Below are positions 1 through 14,000 of a stretch of DNA of 64,000 nucleotides, one piece after another. Position 1 is the first letter of the stretch, and each line of letters starts with the position of its first letter. This stretch comes from Tubulanus polymorphus. Taxonomy: Eukaryota > Animalia > Nemertea. The notes under the pieces are model-generated. The model had not been told where the DNA came from and ran no database searches. It saw only the letters and a list, made by a program, of their open reading frames with translations. Position numbers and translations under genes: made by a program. The stretch lies in NCBI RefSeq assembly GCF_964204645.1, contig NC_134029.1:22872950-22936949 (forward strand), given 5' to 3'.

Positions 1-388
1 AATTTAGTTCATCGGCGCCTACGATTCATATATTCATGTAACCTTTCATAAGTTTTGACTTGACCAATTGAATGATTGAATAATAAAATTTCATAGGGAA
101 ATATCCAGAATTTCGAAAGAAATGCTATAACGATTCTAAAAGTATCCATAGTTGCAAAAATTCATAAAGCCTTTATATAGTCTTTATGAATTTTTGATAG
201 TTGCCATAAGAAGACGATCCCGGCCAACATATTCTTGTCTTGAAAAACTGTGTAGATATTTCAATGGTTTTTTCTATTGGCATTATTGGGAACTTGATAC
301 CTACTCATTTCATAAAAACAAATACTTATAATCCTGGCAGGTATATCGTAATGACGGAAAAGCTTCTATAAGTATTAGTGGTTCTTAC

Positions 389-519
389 CTCCGTAGCCTG
401 GCCGTATGTCTTTATTGTAACGTTGGTCGTCGACTAGCTTCGTGAGAAGTTTCGACACATTTTTTATGTACCAGTAATTTGACGAGTTTTGTGGGTTGAA
501 AAATCGCGAGGGCCTTATT
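389..519 (-). CDS. Internal exon of a Cys-loop ligand-gated anion channel subunit (GABA-A/glycine-receptor-like), N-terminal extracellular region; gene continues past the left edge
   Basis: Acceptor ttcctctttttcag and donor GAG|gtaaga. Translates IRPSRFFNPQNSSNYWYIKNVSKLLTKLVDDQRYNKDIRPGYG(G), matching the 'N-x-S-x-LL-x-x-L...Y-x-x-x-IRP-x-x-GG' N-terminal signature. A phase-1 intron follows RPxxGG, as in GABA-A receptor genes. Confidence 0.72.
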
Positions 520-3500
520 CTGAAAAAGAGGAATAAAAAACCAACGATTTAAAATTCGATAAAAAATTCTAAACGCATTTCAAGACAATTTTTTTAACGA
601 CCAACCGATTGCATTATATCAGAATTGAGTCTAAATACGACCCTTTTTGGAATCTACTTCAAAAAGTACAAATTAGAAATAGTGAGTTCGAAAACTGCTC
701 GAACATTCCTTCATTTCCATCACTATTGCAGGATATTCAAGAGCAGTTGGCTTGTAAGCTTTTTACTAACAGTGGACACTCATTGACAATACAATACAAT
801 ATACGCACTAAAATATAAATAATTCAATTCAACAAATGTGTGTACAGGAAATATTATGTACGTACGTGTTCTCTAAGATTAGTATAACAGAAACATAGCT
901 ATATCGACTTTTCTAATTCAGATATTTGTGTTCGAAGTTCAGCAGCAAAAAAAGTGAATGATTTACATCAACACGTCATTTCATCGTATCCGTTTGTTAA
1001 AATGCAGTTTACAAATAAATCGCAATAAAAGCGGCACTTCTCATAAAGGATCAAATGGATATCTATTTCACAATTGTTGGTTTAAATGACATCAAATCCT
1101 CATTTGAATAATACATTTTTTGCGGTAATTCGAAAAGAAGGTTTAGAATTCTATTGATCTTTAAAGAACGGTGATTAGAACTGACACAAACGATACCGAA
1201 CTAGAAATCGATTTATCCATCAAATAAAATCCATCCATCATTTCGATATGTACTTTAGAGAACGCGTGTTTCAAGTTATGAATAGAGAACAATCAATACA
1301 GCAAATCCTATACTCTTTTAATGAAAAATGAATTCTGAAATGTTCCTTGGGCTTACAGCTGAATTGTGTGTTTCTGAAGATGGCTATTGGGATAAAGTCG
1401 AATAAACTATCAATGAAAAAATCATTTTCATTATCAGTATGGGATTTTCCTATACATGTATTATCATTGTAACAGGGACAGAGTGTTTTATCAATAGTTA
1501 AGCGGACATACACGTCGCGTATAGATTACTGTTCTTTCCGAAGGTTTTATCTGTCCCGAAAACAAATCCGGCAATCGAAAACAAAAGATGTTGAAAATGT
1601 TTACATATATTTCTCTGGGAAATAGACTCGTATCAAAATTCAATTTAAAAATTGTTTTTGAGGAGTGGGGTTATCAATGAGAAATCTCGCAATCGCTTCA
1701 GTAGTTTTCGACGATAACTGAAGCTCATAGGGTTTGTATGCCACACACAAACACAAACCCTCGATCGAAAATGTATTACGGGGGAGAAGCTCGCTGATGT
1801 TATGCAACAGCGAAGCCGTTTATCCGTGTTGTTTTTGAGATTAGCCACCGCTTCCAAATCACGGAACTTCAAAATTACGTTATATGCAAATCGGAAGCCA
1901 TGATTAGTTTATAAATGCCCATCCGATGACAGAGCCTCGAAAACACTGTCTCTCATCTGACAACGGCCATTATTCTATACACAACTAGAAGAAATCGTTC
2001 GCAGACGAGATTAAAACGTCAACTGGAATGGAAGAATTGATGCACTGTGCTCACTGTTCATTCGCCTAATTAACTCTGGTACGCGTATAAATTTGACGTC
2101 GAGAATTGAATTCCGTAAACTTTGCACGAAGACTTGTGGCAGCCAGACAAAATGAACGCTGTCACAGGTCACGGTATAAATCCTTACATATTTTATATTA
2201 GCGCGTAAAAATATGCAAATTGAAATTTTCGCCCGGTTGCGCATTACTTTGGCTAGATGATTGCGACGGCGTGGTCTTGTAAATCTTAACCAAATTGAAT
2301 TACTCCCGATAATACCGACGCACTATCGCATACAGGAAGGAAGTTAAGAGTTCTGTCGTCACCAACTGAGCCCAAAGACAAGGAAATTTGACAACCGTCT
2401 GAAGCGGCACTGTAAACCAAAGAACTACATACACAGCGCGCTTGGCGTAGATTCGCAGACCATCAAGCCATTAGGACAATGCGTACATGGCATCGGTTAA
2501 AAGAGCCGACACTTAACCGGTGTACGTCGTCAAAAAGCTAGCCGAGGGCGAGTTTCTATCGTTTGCTAATGTCTCATCTAGTTCGGTATGGTAAATTGCT
2601 CCCCGGCGAATGACGCCGAATATTGAAAAACACCGTATTAAGGTACCACTTACTACGGTACCACAAATGATTCATACTTTACACGAGCATACTAAAAAAT
2701 GTTCAGTTCCATTTCCTTCTCCTGTTCACCAAGAAGAAAATAAATAACTGTTGTTAAAGACGAAAGAAATTGAAGATACTTAATTTGGCATTTAAAAAAA
2801 CTTCGTTTTCGGCGAATTTAAAATTCATTACATCGCGAGATAATGATTGCGTTATTGCCGAAGTAAACCACGTAGTTCGGTCGTTTGTTGGATTAATTGT
2901 TTTTTACCCAAGTCCTAAACAACGATAGAATAATTAATACGGCCCTCGCGAGTCTCCGTAATGAGCAAACGTGGAGATGGATGAATTTTTCAAAAGCAGA
3001 AATTCGTGAAACGCAAAGTTGTAAAATAGCCATTAAACACGAGGTCAAAAGATACAATAGGACACAAGAGACTCCATCGACAAACGAAGCCTTCGCTTCA
3101 TGCAAAATGTATGTGAGAAGCATGATATCAAGATTAGGGTGATATGATCTGTTGTGAGAGAATTCTAATGCGTTTACGATTTTTAAAATCTTTATAGCTG
3201 ATGTTTGATGGAAAAGTTTGATTTCTATTTTCAAAAACGCTTTATAATTGGCGTTCGTCGAGAGATGGATTCATCAGGCTCTGACGTGTGGCTGATATTT
3301 CGCAACCGATAACGTCACTATTGACGTATATCTTTGACGCGAGGTTATACGGCGATAGTCCGGACAGCCAAACGACAAGTAAAGCCGGCAACAAACGTCG
3401 GGAAATCCCGTCGTTGAAGCTTCTGGTAATGAGGTCGAACGAGTCAGCTACAAGCGCTCGACGATACACGAAAGAGTGATTCGATAATGAATCCGAATAT

Positions 3501-4373
3501 CGGCAAAATACTTGATAACATCCAGAAAGAAATTACACGGACACCAAATCGCTCGATGGACATCGCAGTAGCAGCGATTCAAGTACGATTGAGGACTGCG
3601 AAACAATCTAGGGGTGCATATTTCTAAAAGAAAAATAGAAAAGCTTAAACTTTTCTCATAAAACTTCGTCGAGGCCTACAGAGCTGTCTACGTATCATTA
3701 TGTATGTTGATTAAGTCTTCATTTCTATCACTGCATACAATATATATAAACGTCGCAAAAATATGGTAAAATACCACAATAACAAGAGAAAACCAAAAGG
3801 CATTTTTCAAATCATTTCATACTTTTTGCTGTAATTAAAAAATTCCCGAAAATGAATATTAGGGTATAAGTGGAAACGACTACTAGCTTAAGGAAACATT
3901 TCGGACTTTCGGACTTTTTCTCTTTGAATCGTAGAATTTTACTATGTCATCACAGGCTCAGAGCCATATAGTGTTTCATCAAGATTGACGCAAAAATTGT
4001 TATCTCATTTTTTCATCGGACGCTAAACTGGTTTTAATAACTTTCGATCAATCGTAAATGATTGCGCCAAGTGATGTAAGTCGACGACGGTGGCCGTGAC
4101 AAGCGGGGACGACAGTGGAAAAATCCATGGAGGATTTACCAGAAAACGGCGAGTCCTCGACTAGCGTTTCATTCCGCTACGACTAACTGAGAGTAAATGC
4201 TTTCGAATTATTTGCGTAGCTTGCTGCATTAATGGTAGCGCATATTTAAACGGACCCCATGTCGACCGTAGGCAACAAACACAACCACATACAGGGTCCC
4301 CGTCACTGTCGCATAAAAACAAACCACGGAGAATATACCTTAAAAATAGATTGCAATAGGCGGCGGGATAACG

Positions 4374-4583
4374 CTAACACATTTCCTCTGAATAAGTGCC
4401 GGTAAAATTGCAGGATCTCGATCTTCGGTGAGAACGCTTTCTTTTAATCCCACGTGAAAGGTCAATTGTCTGAAGTGTTCCGGTCGGCGACGGTCGATAC
4501 GAGGTTGAAGATCGGGAATGCTGATTTCCGTACATATAGAATATACAGCTTATCGTCGCTAAGAGCAGAAGATATAGATTCAT
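4374..4583 (-). CDS. Possible signal-peptide-encoding first exon of the Cys-loop channel (3' boundary uncertain)
   Basis: ATG-initiated MNLYLLLLATISCIFYMYG looks like a signal peptide, on the right strand and upstream of exon 389-519. No strong donor of the required phase 2 was found. Confidence 0.25.
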   Translation of the reverse strand: MNLYLLLLATISCIFYMYGNQHSRSSTSYRPSPTGTLQTIDLSRGIKRKRSHRRSRSCNFTGTYSEEMC

Positions 4584-4698
4584 AGAGATACAGTACAGGC
4601 GACATCAATTAATTTGGTTATAAATGCACCAATCAACAAGTGCTGACTAGAATTGTGAATGCGAATGCTGTGAATTGTGAATGCTGAACATCTTGACC

Positions 4699-4798
4699 CA
4701 GTTCCACAGTTGTGAGTTAGAGTTAACTCTGAGTTAAAGTTAGTTCATTTTCAATATTTTAACCCAGGGTCAAATCTTAACTCAGAACTGTGGAACTG
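4699..4798. mobile_element. Short palindromic MITE-like element
   Basis: Inverted termini cagttccacagttgtgagtta / taactcagaactgtggaactg (about 21 bp, 1 mismatch) around an AT-rich core. Confidence 0.6.
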
Positions 4799-5809
4799 AC
4801 TTTTGATCATCATAAAAACATTGCCAGCGCTGTTCACTTCGCTTTAACAGCTACTTAAGAATTTCAAATTTTCATCTTCAGATCCGCAGGCTAAAATGAT
4901 AGTTTTCTTAATCGGCCAGGTCGTTTTGTAAACTGCAATAAGACTCATGATTTTAAATAAAAGTAACGTGGGGTTGATAGGTGGCCGGTCGGCTCAACTT
5001 TTTAGCTCTTCAGAAATGAGAAACAATGTGTCCATTTTCTTTTAGCCTAACCGATGGTTGTATTGAACATATATACATTTTTCTTTTGTTTATACATATT
5101 TTTGTTTGTTTGCAGAATCTGATTGTCTTTGGCATTGCCGAAAGGTTGTATCTTTTCGAGTTTCAATAAAAAGTCTGGCATTGAAAATTTATCGTAGCCG
5201 TCTCGTAAAAGCCGTCTCACAAAGAAAACGTCTGCAAATTCCCTTTCTTTCTCCATTACATCATTCATCAAATTCTCATCTACGTCAATACAGGTGAGGA
5301 GCGAACAACATGTGCTCCGAAAACGTCAGGTATTAACGAATACAGAATACAAGAGGTAGCCGTTTGTACCTGTTCGTAGATTAGTTGGTATGCGCTTGCG
5401 TCGTGGTCAACGAGCTACTCATTTTCCGCTTAACGATTCCGTTTCCGTCGTTTGCGGCGCGACTTATCTCGATTACACGTTTTGTTCGGAGTCGGAGCCG
5501 TTTGAATTCGTTAAGCCGTCTGCTATACTGTACGGCTATTACTGTCCGGCAGACGCGCCGTAAAAGCTTTAATTACCTCAACGATAAAAATCCGACCGTT
5601 TTACATCGATTTGATATCATTTAATCCGATGCTTATAACTTCAATTATAAGCGACTTCACTTGACACTCTTATCTTACTGTTACAGCGATTCAGCCGATG
5701 TGGTTATTTAGCGAGCCATACTACTCAATTCTGTTTGAAGCGTAACCACCACTTACACGTGAAATACGTCGTGGAGTTATTTTGCGTTCGGATCACCTGT
5801 CGTTTAAGA

Positions 5810-6101
5810 GTCACGGCACGAACCCCTGCATCAGTAGACCGGGTGCGCAGGTACATGCGCAGCTATCCGAACGAAAACTGGCGGCACCAATCAGATTGCT
5901 CGTTGTATAATCGTTGAGGCAAATTTCAAGGAAGAACTATAAATGGGAAAACCCGGGCTAAAATAAAACGGGATTTCTGATTGGCTAAAAATCACATCAT
6001 CTGAACTGCGCATGTATCTGCGCACTCGGTCGATTATGGCAGGGTTTCGTGCCGTGACAATCTCGATGCCATCAGGTTCGAATCCCTGCCGGGGGAGGAT
6101 G
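5810..6101. mobile_element. MITE-like inverted-repeat element with a B-box-containing right extension
   Basis: Imperfect arms gtcacggcacgaacccctgc...accgggtgcgcaggtacatgcgcag versus ctgcgcatgtatctgcgcactcggt...gcagggtttcgtgccgtgac (5810-6058), followed by catcaGGTTCGAATCCctgccgggggaggatg, which recurs at 15.9 kb. Confidence 0.6.
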
Positions 6102-8045
6102 TTTTAGAGTTATCGTTTGATAGTACAGTCAGCGAGGCGGCCAAATTGGACGTAAACGTCGTCTAATTTTTACACGAAGCACCGAACGAGAGCGCCAAGT
6201 TAAGTTCGTTCTTTAAAAAAAACTAACGGCGATTACACCGTGTTTCGTACACTTAAATGTTGACTAATTTGCACATCCCTTGACAAATTGATCATTATCT
6301 CGCCAGAATGCGATTAACACTTGACTGTGAGGTATAGATCAGTCTGCTACAACAGGACGAGACGCGACTGCTGCAGATTAAAGAAGTCTAGCCAATCACG
6401 AGCGGCAAAAATGCAAATGAATATCTTCGTAAATCAGGATAAAAGTAATGACAACGTCACGATCTGACGTCAAAAATGGTTAAGATGTCAAGTACGCATA
6501 CTCGCCGCCGTTATCCAATCTAGAAATGAATCTTGTTTATCCACGAGACTGATCGATCATCTCTAGTTTCATTACTATCACCACGCTCATAATCATTGTC
6601 CATAAAAGAAAGCCATAGAAAAGCGAGTATCAAATATAAAGCAGAGCGTCCCGAATCTAGAAATCGGTCGAATCGTCGCTGGTTTACGATTACCGCGTAT
6701 AAGCCAAGGACAAAACCTGCCGAGTTATCCTATCTTATTCATATCACCGCTAGGTTTATCAATATTAACGATAAACAATGTCGGATTCACGTGAACCTGT
6801 GCGGTGATAATAATCTATCGCAACTCTCGGCGTTTCTACTGGAAGTTCGCAGTCACTCATGGGAAGGAGGTCTGCTGGATTAGTGTCGTAATCTTTCAGC
6901 GCACAGCGCACAGCTCACAGCGGCGTATTATCATTCGATTCATGGTGTCTATCAGAAAGTCAGGGTCGACCTCCCTGACAGTGGTGGCAAAGACTCGTCG
7001 TTCCCGTCTGAGCGTTCTCCAGCACTAACCAAGCAATCTTCTGAAATTGTGTGTGGTTATATTGTACATTTTTATCGGAAAATCGTAGAATGAAGTCGAT
7101 CAGCTTTATTAGATTGTTTGAAAATTGACGCGAAGAATGTTTCATTTCTGATGGGCGGCAGTATTGGGCGGTCATGTTGAAGGAAACTGATAAATTGCAT
7201 TATTTCGCGCTTATCCACTCGGGAGCCTTCGCCAAAATCAGTAGCATTATTCGGAATAGGGACGGACTTTTTATCGAATCCGCCGAATCAGTCTAAGGGA
7301 ACAATTCCCCAATTATGGTTGTGGCGGCAAGAAAGAAGACACCGCAATAACTGACTGATGTGTGTATCGCGTTAGCAAACTTGAGACGCAAGAAGGGAAG
7401 ATACAAGATATATTTGACTGAAGTTCATCCCCTCGGTTTAACAACAAACTCCAAACAACAAACAACGTTTCTTGATTTGTTTATGCACGGACATCGAAAT
7501 GCACGATCGTTTTCCCGTTCGAGGGGTCAGAGTGCGGGCTCTCAAACAACCCGAAACTCCTCTCGAAGCCCGCACACAAGCCGTGAACGAGTTTACGTTC
7601 ATCTGCATATGTATGTATCTGAATGTCTTATATTTCCTGGAGCAACTCCGCTATATAAACAAGCGTATATCCGGATGGTAAGCCTTGAAACATCCAAAGC
7701 CATTAACGCCATTACAGCGACGACCTGACCAGAACGTGGCCATTAGTTATTGCCGTATATCTGCATACTTATTATTCGTCACGTCTTATGATCAGTTTTA
7801 TTGTCCCATCTTAGCCGTAGTATTAAAGCAGTCTGGTACTAGATAACTGTTCGACACAGTGTCTTTCAAGAGGTACATCCCATCGGGTATAGCTCGGTAA
7901 TGGCATAATTTCACACTAAATGGAATCGTTTAACGAAAGTGAGGTCAGCTGAGAGTAACGTACCCATTTTATATAAGTTGAGTAATTTCTATTCTGCATG
8001 ATTTTAAATAAAAGTCATTTGATCATCTTATATATATATATATAT

Positions 8046-8262
8046 CAGGGTAGATTTAGGGGGTGGTCACGGGGTCTGGATCCCTGATTTCAAACCTGCA
8101 AATCTGACGCCCATCCTTTCAGACTTTTTTTTATCTTTTAGGGAGGATTTTTACTCCCAGGGTAGGAGTTGGCTAGTGGCCTTAGACACGGCTGTTTTAT
8201 CTGAGAGATGCCTTTTCTTTTCATTTGGACCCCTGTCTTACCATTTTCCTAGATCGGCCCCT
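8046..8262. mobile_element. MITE-like element inserted in a (TA)n tract
   Basis: Imperfect inverted termini cagggtagatttaggg / ttcctagatcggcccct, inner inverted ggggtctgga / ttggacccc, and TA repeats on both flanks. Confidence 0.45.
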
Positions 8263-10736
8263 ATATATACCCCGCTCGCTTAGACCTTTCTCCCGAGACA
8301 CGCGCAGTTTGAATAGAAAAAAAAATACAGACAAAAATATACAACGCTTACTATGTATCAATGTATATAAACGTTATTGTAACGGCTTTAACGGCGTCAA
8401 AAGAGCTGTAGACAAACCCCCGCTGCTTCCCCCGCTGTCCACTGACTCGAGACTGAAAATGTTATGTGGGCGAAAAGAAAAATAACAGACCGCATTGCGT
8501 AATACCGAAACCGGAAGGTAATCAATTTCCCTTAATTCCACGGATGATCAATTCTTCGCAGTAATATGTTCCTCGATATCCGTATTTATCGCAAACCATT
8601 TGTCAGGTTAAGCAGACTATACGTGGAAAAACTCTTTAATACGGATTAAAGTGACAAAAAGCGACTTTCAAACTCCGCAAACGCGGACGTCATTTCGTTT
8701 TTCGGTGAATACTGTCGACAGTGTTGTTGAACGTGTTGCCGAGACGAGTGGTCCTGTAAGGGAGGATAAACATGGAAACAGGCATTTTATATGACAGCAC
8801 GGCGAGTGGCCGCATGAGACAAACTAAACAGGATGTTCGACGTGCTAACCGCAATAAAATCATTTTTGCTTTGAATTTGTGACAAGAATGCCAGACGCCA
8901 ACCGAAGAGAAACTATATCCATTAAAAGCGACGATTTGGTCTAGAATTACACCCGCGATCCCGCTGCATCGATTAGAAACCGCATTTTTCCAGACCATAC
9001 GAAATGTCGGACTAATTCCAGTCGCGGATCATAGCGAACCAATTTCGGGTGGATAACAGCCTCCATTTGTAATCGATAAGAAATCGAGCAAAATATCGGC
9101 AATAACTTCAACAGGTAAAATGCAAGCGCGAAAGAATAGAAAAGAGCTAATGGGCTACGGGGGGAAATAAACGTTAATGCAATTAGAGACGACACGTAGG
9201 AAATGAAAGAATACTCCAAAATGAATTATTCACAATTTTGTCTGTATTCGAGTCAGTAAAAAAATGCCATAGCTCCTATATACAGAGAGATGACCTTGGT
9301 TCTCGAACCACTCAAAACCGCTGAACATTTTTTTGAATTTGCTCTGGCCTTGAAAATAACGGATGATACTTTGAAATACTGGTAACTAATGATATCATCG
9401 CAATGAAAAAAGGTACAATCTTATGCATCACTTTTACTTTAGTGCGCTAAATACATAAAACGAACCTATTCATGTTGTTGATTACATTTCATGGTTGATA
9501 CATCACATTATTAGACTCGATATAACGGTCTGAAGTAGATAAAACGGGCTTCTCGCGTTTGATTATTCCGCTTAATCGTTCTCTTAAAAGTAAGTTAGTT
9601 CGCTATTTATGCACCGAAAATGTTCACCGTCGTCTGTTGAATTCGTATCTATGATTTAACGATCAGACAAACTCTTAAAGATAACCGCCACGCAGCCAAA
9701 CCGAACGACCTTTTCGACAACTATAAATAAATAATAAGATATCCGTGAAATGTATATCGACTTGGCTTGATATGACAGTTACGACTGAATTATAGAAATC
9801 TGACTAAAATCAGCAGCCACAATTCGGGCCGGATCGATCACGATTGACGTAGAGCGATCAGGATATATTTGATCATGTCTGTTCTCATAAACCACCGCGA
9901 ATCCGACATCGGGGAAAAAAAGAAACGTGGCCAATTCGAATTATTCAATAATCTCGAAAAATCGGAGACTAAGTCTTCAATTGTGTTATTGTCCACCCGT
10001 ATGAGCTCGATAAAAACTTTCAGAAACTCGTAAATCTAGATTATTAATATTCCTGCTCAGGCCAATATCAATGAATGAAATCATGTATTTCTTGGTAATT
10101 TGAAGGAATATATTGTTTTCGTGTTACGTAATTGCTTTGAAACATTATAGATGAAATGTTCATGAATATTGCATTCAATTCAATAACTCTAATGTTTCGT
10201 TTTCGTAATGAGCGATAAAACATTTACGAATTGAAATCGCGGTAGGTGATAGATCCCCAGTTGGATTGTTAAATCAGCAATCCCCACACCTCGCATCTCG
10301 CACACCTCAGTTTTACTATATTACTCGCGGTATTTTCATTCATACGTTAATGTCAGCGCGGTTTTTTAAATCTTGCGTAATGCTTCGTAAACGCACCTGT
10401 TTTCACGCTCGTGAAAAACTGGTCAAATTTTACGTCTCGGGATGCGACAAAATTTTATACGCGTTCTGTCACTTTATTCTATGCGTCGGCAAAAACTGGG
10501 TGAATGTTGTCGTTGTCACTGTGTGTGTGTGTGCGTATCCGGGTCGATATCGCATCAGCTACAGTGTCAGTGTGTCATTAAATAAAACATCGAAATGGGA
10601 CGACGAAACGCTGATACAGACACCACGCTAACAAAAACAAATAAACGTTTTTCTCTGACAGCCAACAGCGGCCCGTTATCTGAATTTTACGGCCAGTAAA
10701 TTTTACTTCGGAACGAATTTGCGACACATCCTTCGG

Positions 10737-11029
<293 letters not shown>

Positions 11030-14000
11030 CAGTCGTAAGGAAGGCGATAAGCCGGTGTAATAACGCCTGGTTAAGACGAGGATTCGTATTAATGAAGTGA
11101 CCGATGATCATAATTGGAGCATCATCGATCAAATCGTATTTCATCTTTCACGATGACAAATTGGCGCAGAATTTACCAGTGGAATTCAAAGTCATCGCGA
11201 AGGACGAGTTCACGGACTCCCCGCGAACCGAGGAGTTATCAACGACCCGAGATACGAATTCAAATTATCCCCACGCGACCGCCGAATAAATATTTGAATT
11301 TATTCACGATACATCAAAACTAAATATTCTACAGCTTAAATCGATTTATACTTTATTTGTACAAAACTGCAACAACATTCGCAAGACTGGGTTCTATATA
11401 CGGCTACGTTCTTGTGACCAGTGATAAAGTATCGGACATTGTATACACAAGATCCTTAAACAGGAAAAAACATGTCAGCCTCAAGAAGTACTTCATTAAA
11501 AAACATTGGCACTTGAAATTTGGACGCAAACATTCGTTCAGTGTTAATTTCCGGTGTCGTGTTCGCTTCCGTGTCCGTGTCTGATAGAAGCGATCGTGTG
11601 TTTTACCCTGTCACTGCCAAAACCCGTCTCCAAACATCGATGTCCGGTGAACAAACAAACTTCTCGTTCTATCTATTTCTCGAGTGCAGACCCTCTTTCC
11701 GTGTACAATCTATTCATTTAGCTCAGCGCATATCTATGACTTTCCACTCAATTGCATCTAAATGCTTGAAACTAACAGAGCCTAAGTAGAATTATACACT
11801 ACGCCGTTCAACTCTCATCAAGAAATAAACTTCACGATAGTACAATTTTTAGGAACTTAACGAACATTATATACATCCATTATTGTGAATATCACTAGCA
11901 AAGAGTTCACACAGAGGACGAAACACTGGGGAAACATTGTGACCAATCTATATTTCTAATAGTGAGATAAAAATGTCCTCTCCGACAACGATAGCGGAGA
12001 TGACATATCGCCATTTCCATAATTTGTTCAAATGAAGATGTCATGCTGGTAATTGCTATCGAAAAATTATTGTATACTTTCGACGCTATCGTGTAGAAAA
12101 TGTGGCGACGACCGCTTCATTGATGAACTCAATCTATAACCTTGGAAATATTCTCAGGGAGCAGCAGCAGCGGCATCGCTGCGAACTTTAAGCGATGCTT
12201 TCAAAAGCTATTCTTCATTCTTCAAAGCTATATATAAATTCATTTTTACGGGGTTTTCTGCAGTTCGAGTATCGTCTCGTCTGTTTTCTGGGATGATACT
12301 TTGATTTGGATTCAACGCGTTGTTAATATACGTCAGGCACTAATTATTCGCATTATTAAAGTGCGTTTTCAGACGAATCGGTCGATGCTATTTTACCGCC
12401 TTTTTAATGAAATGAGAAGCAGTTGCTCTTATATAAATATTTATATGTATATTGATCATTCGATATGAAACCTTTTTTAATAATAACTAGGCTATACTGG
12501 TTGGTAATGTCTTACGCTGTGGAATATACAAAGCTTTTATTTATAGCAGGTTTACACGAACATGTTTGATCCCTCGGCAACATCTGATAAATCCAGTTTA
12601 AGCGGTATAATATTGTTTATATGATCCAAATAATGGGCGAATTTTTCCTCATTCCTTCTCATTTTTCCGGCAATTTTCCGTACAAACGACTACGTGTATT
12701 AATGTATTGTACACACACGGAGTGAGAGTTCGTTCGCGTTTAATACGTCTCTGGTACCGATATCGAAGTGTCCTTCATGCGCTTCGGCTCTGTCGTGTGT
12801 AAATGATCAAGTAATCTCACTCGGTGGTGAGCGTAGAGTCAAAAAGGTACGAACAGGTAGTTCGCGGATACTCTGGATTCATTCAGTAAGGTATCATACG
12901 AGCCGTATCTGAGTCCCACAGACCTGTAACTTGCATCCGTTCTACCGTGGACTATTATCGTTTTTAGAGTCAATGGTTCTACGAACTCTCGAAGAAGAAA
13001 GACTGAATTAGTTGCTATAATTATTACCAAAAATACATAAAAGGAGGTATTTTGCTATTACTAGTACGGCGATAGTCCGAGTATTTCAGCCATTTCAACC
13101 GAACAATCAAGATACCCAGTTTAGAATCAGATTATTCTCGTAAAAAGAAATAGACATTACTACGCAGCTTTTGTTTTCTTAATTCTCGTCAGAATGTTTT
13201 CTTATAGTTTAGGTGCATCTGATGTAATTGTCTAAATGCATGTCGCTCAATATCCGTATCGTAGCTAGCGATTTCAAAAATGTTTTCTCAATCATTTGAG
13301 CCGTTTAGACTTGTTTTCTTATCATCATTTCATCTCCGTAACAAATAAAAGATAAGTCGCTTGTGTACTCCGTACTCGACTACTTCGCTTTGCTTTTGCA
13401 CAGGAAAACTATAGGGATGCTCTACGCAGACTTCCATTAATCATTGAAGTCCACATTTTCAATTGACACAGAAACCGAAATGTCTAAAGTCATGAGACGC
13501 AGGTCGGTGGCAATCGCTAACGATAATCATTTTGCACTCTAGATGCAAACTAATACTTTTCGAAAAATTACATCTTTAAACGGAACACATACGATTGGTG
13601 TACGATCGGGAAAGCGTGCTTAATTATCGGTGCTGGAGACGTTTATTTCTTCGAGTAGGATTTGATTTAATGTTATTTGATATCGGCGGTATGGCGCGCG
13701 CGTTGCGGAGATGGTGTGATGCCGTTCAAATAAATAAAGATGAATGACACCGCAGAAACGACAACTACATGTATCAGTTTGTAAGGAAATGATGACATTT
13801 ACACCAGTAGCGTGTTCGCTATGTCGGATTAGTATTTTCTTTGATTTATGATTCAATAATGGCTATTGATGCAAAACCGATGCACGCGTAGTTCGGATTT
13901 TTTGCTCGTCGCGGACAGTAATAGATAGACCAGTCGTTATTCGGATCGAAACGATCCGAGGTGGAATAAAGGGTCGAGGAACTGATATGCACTCGTATAA

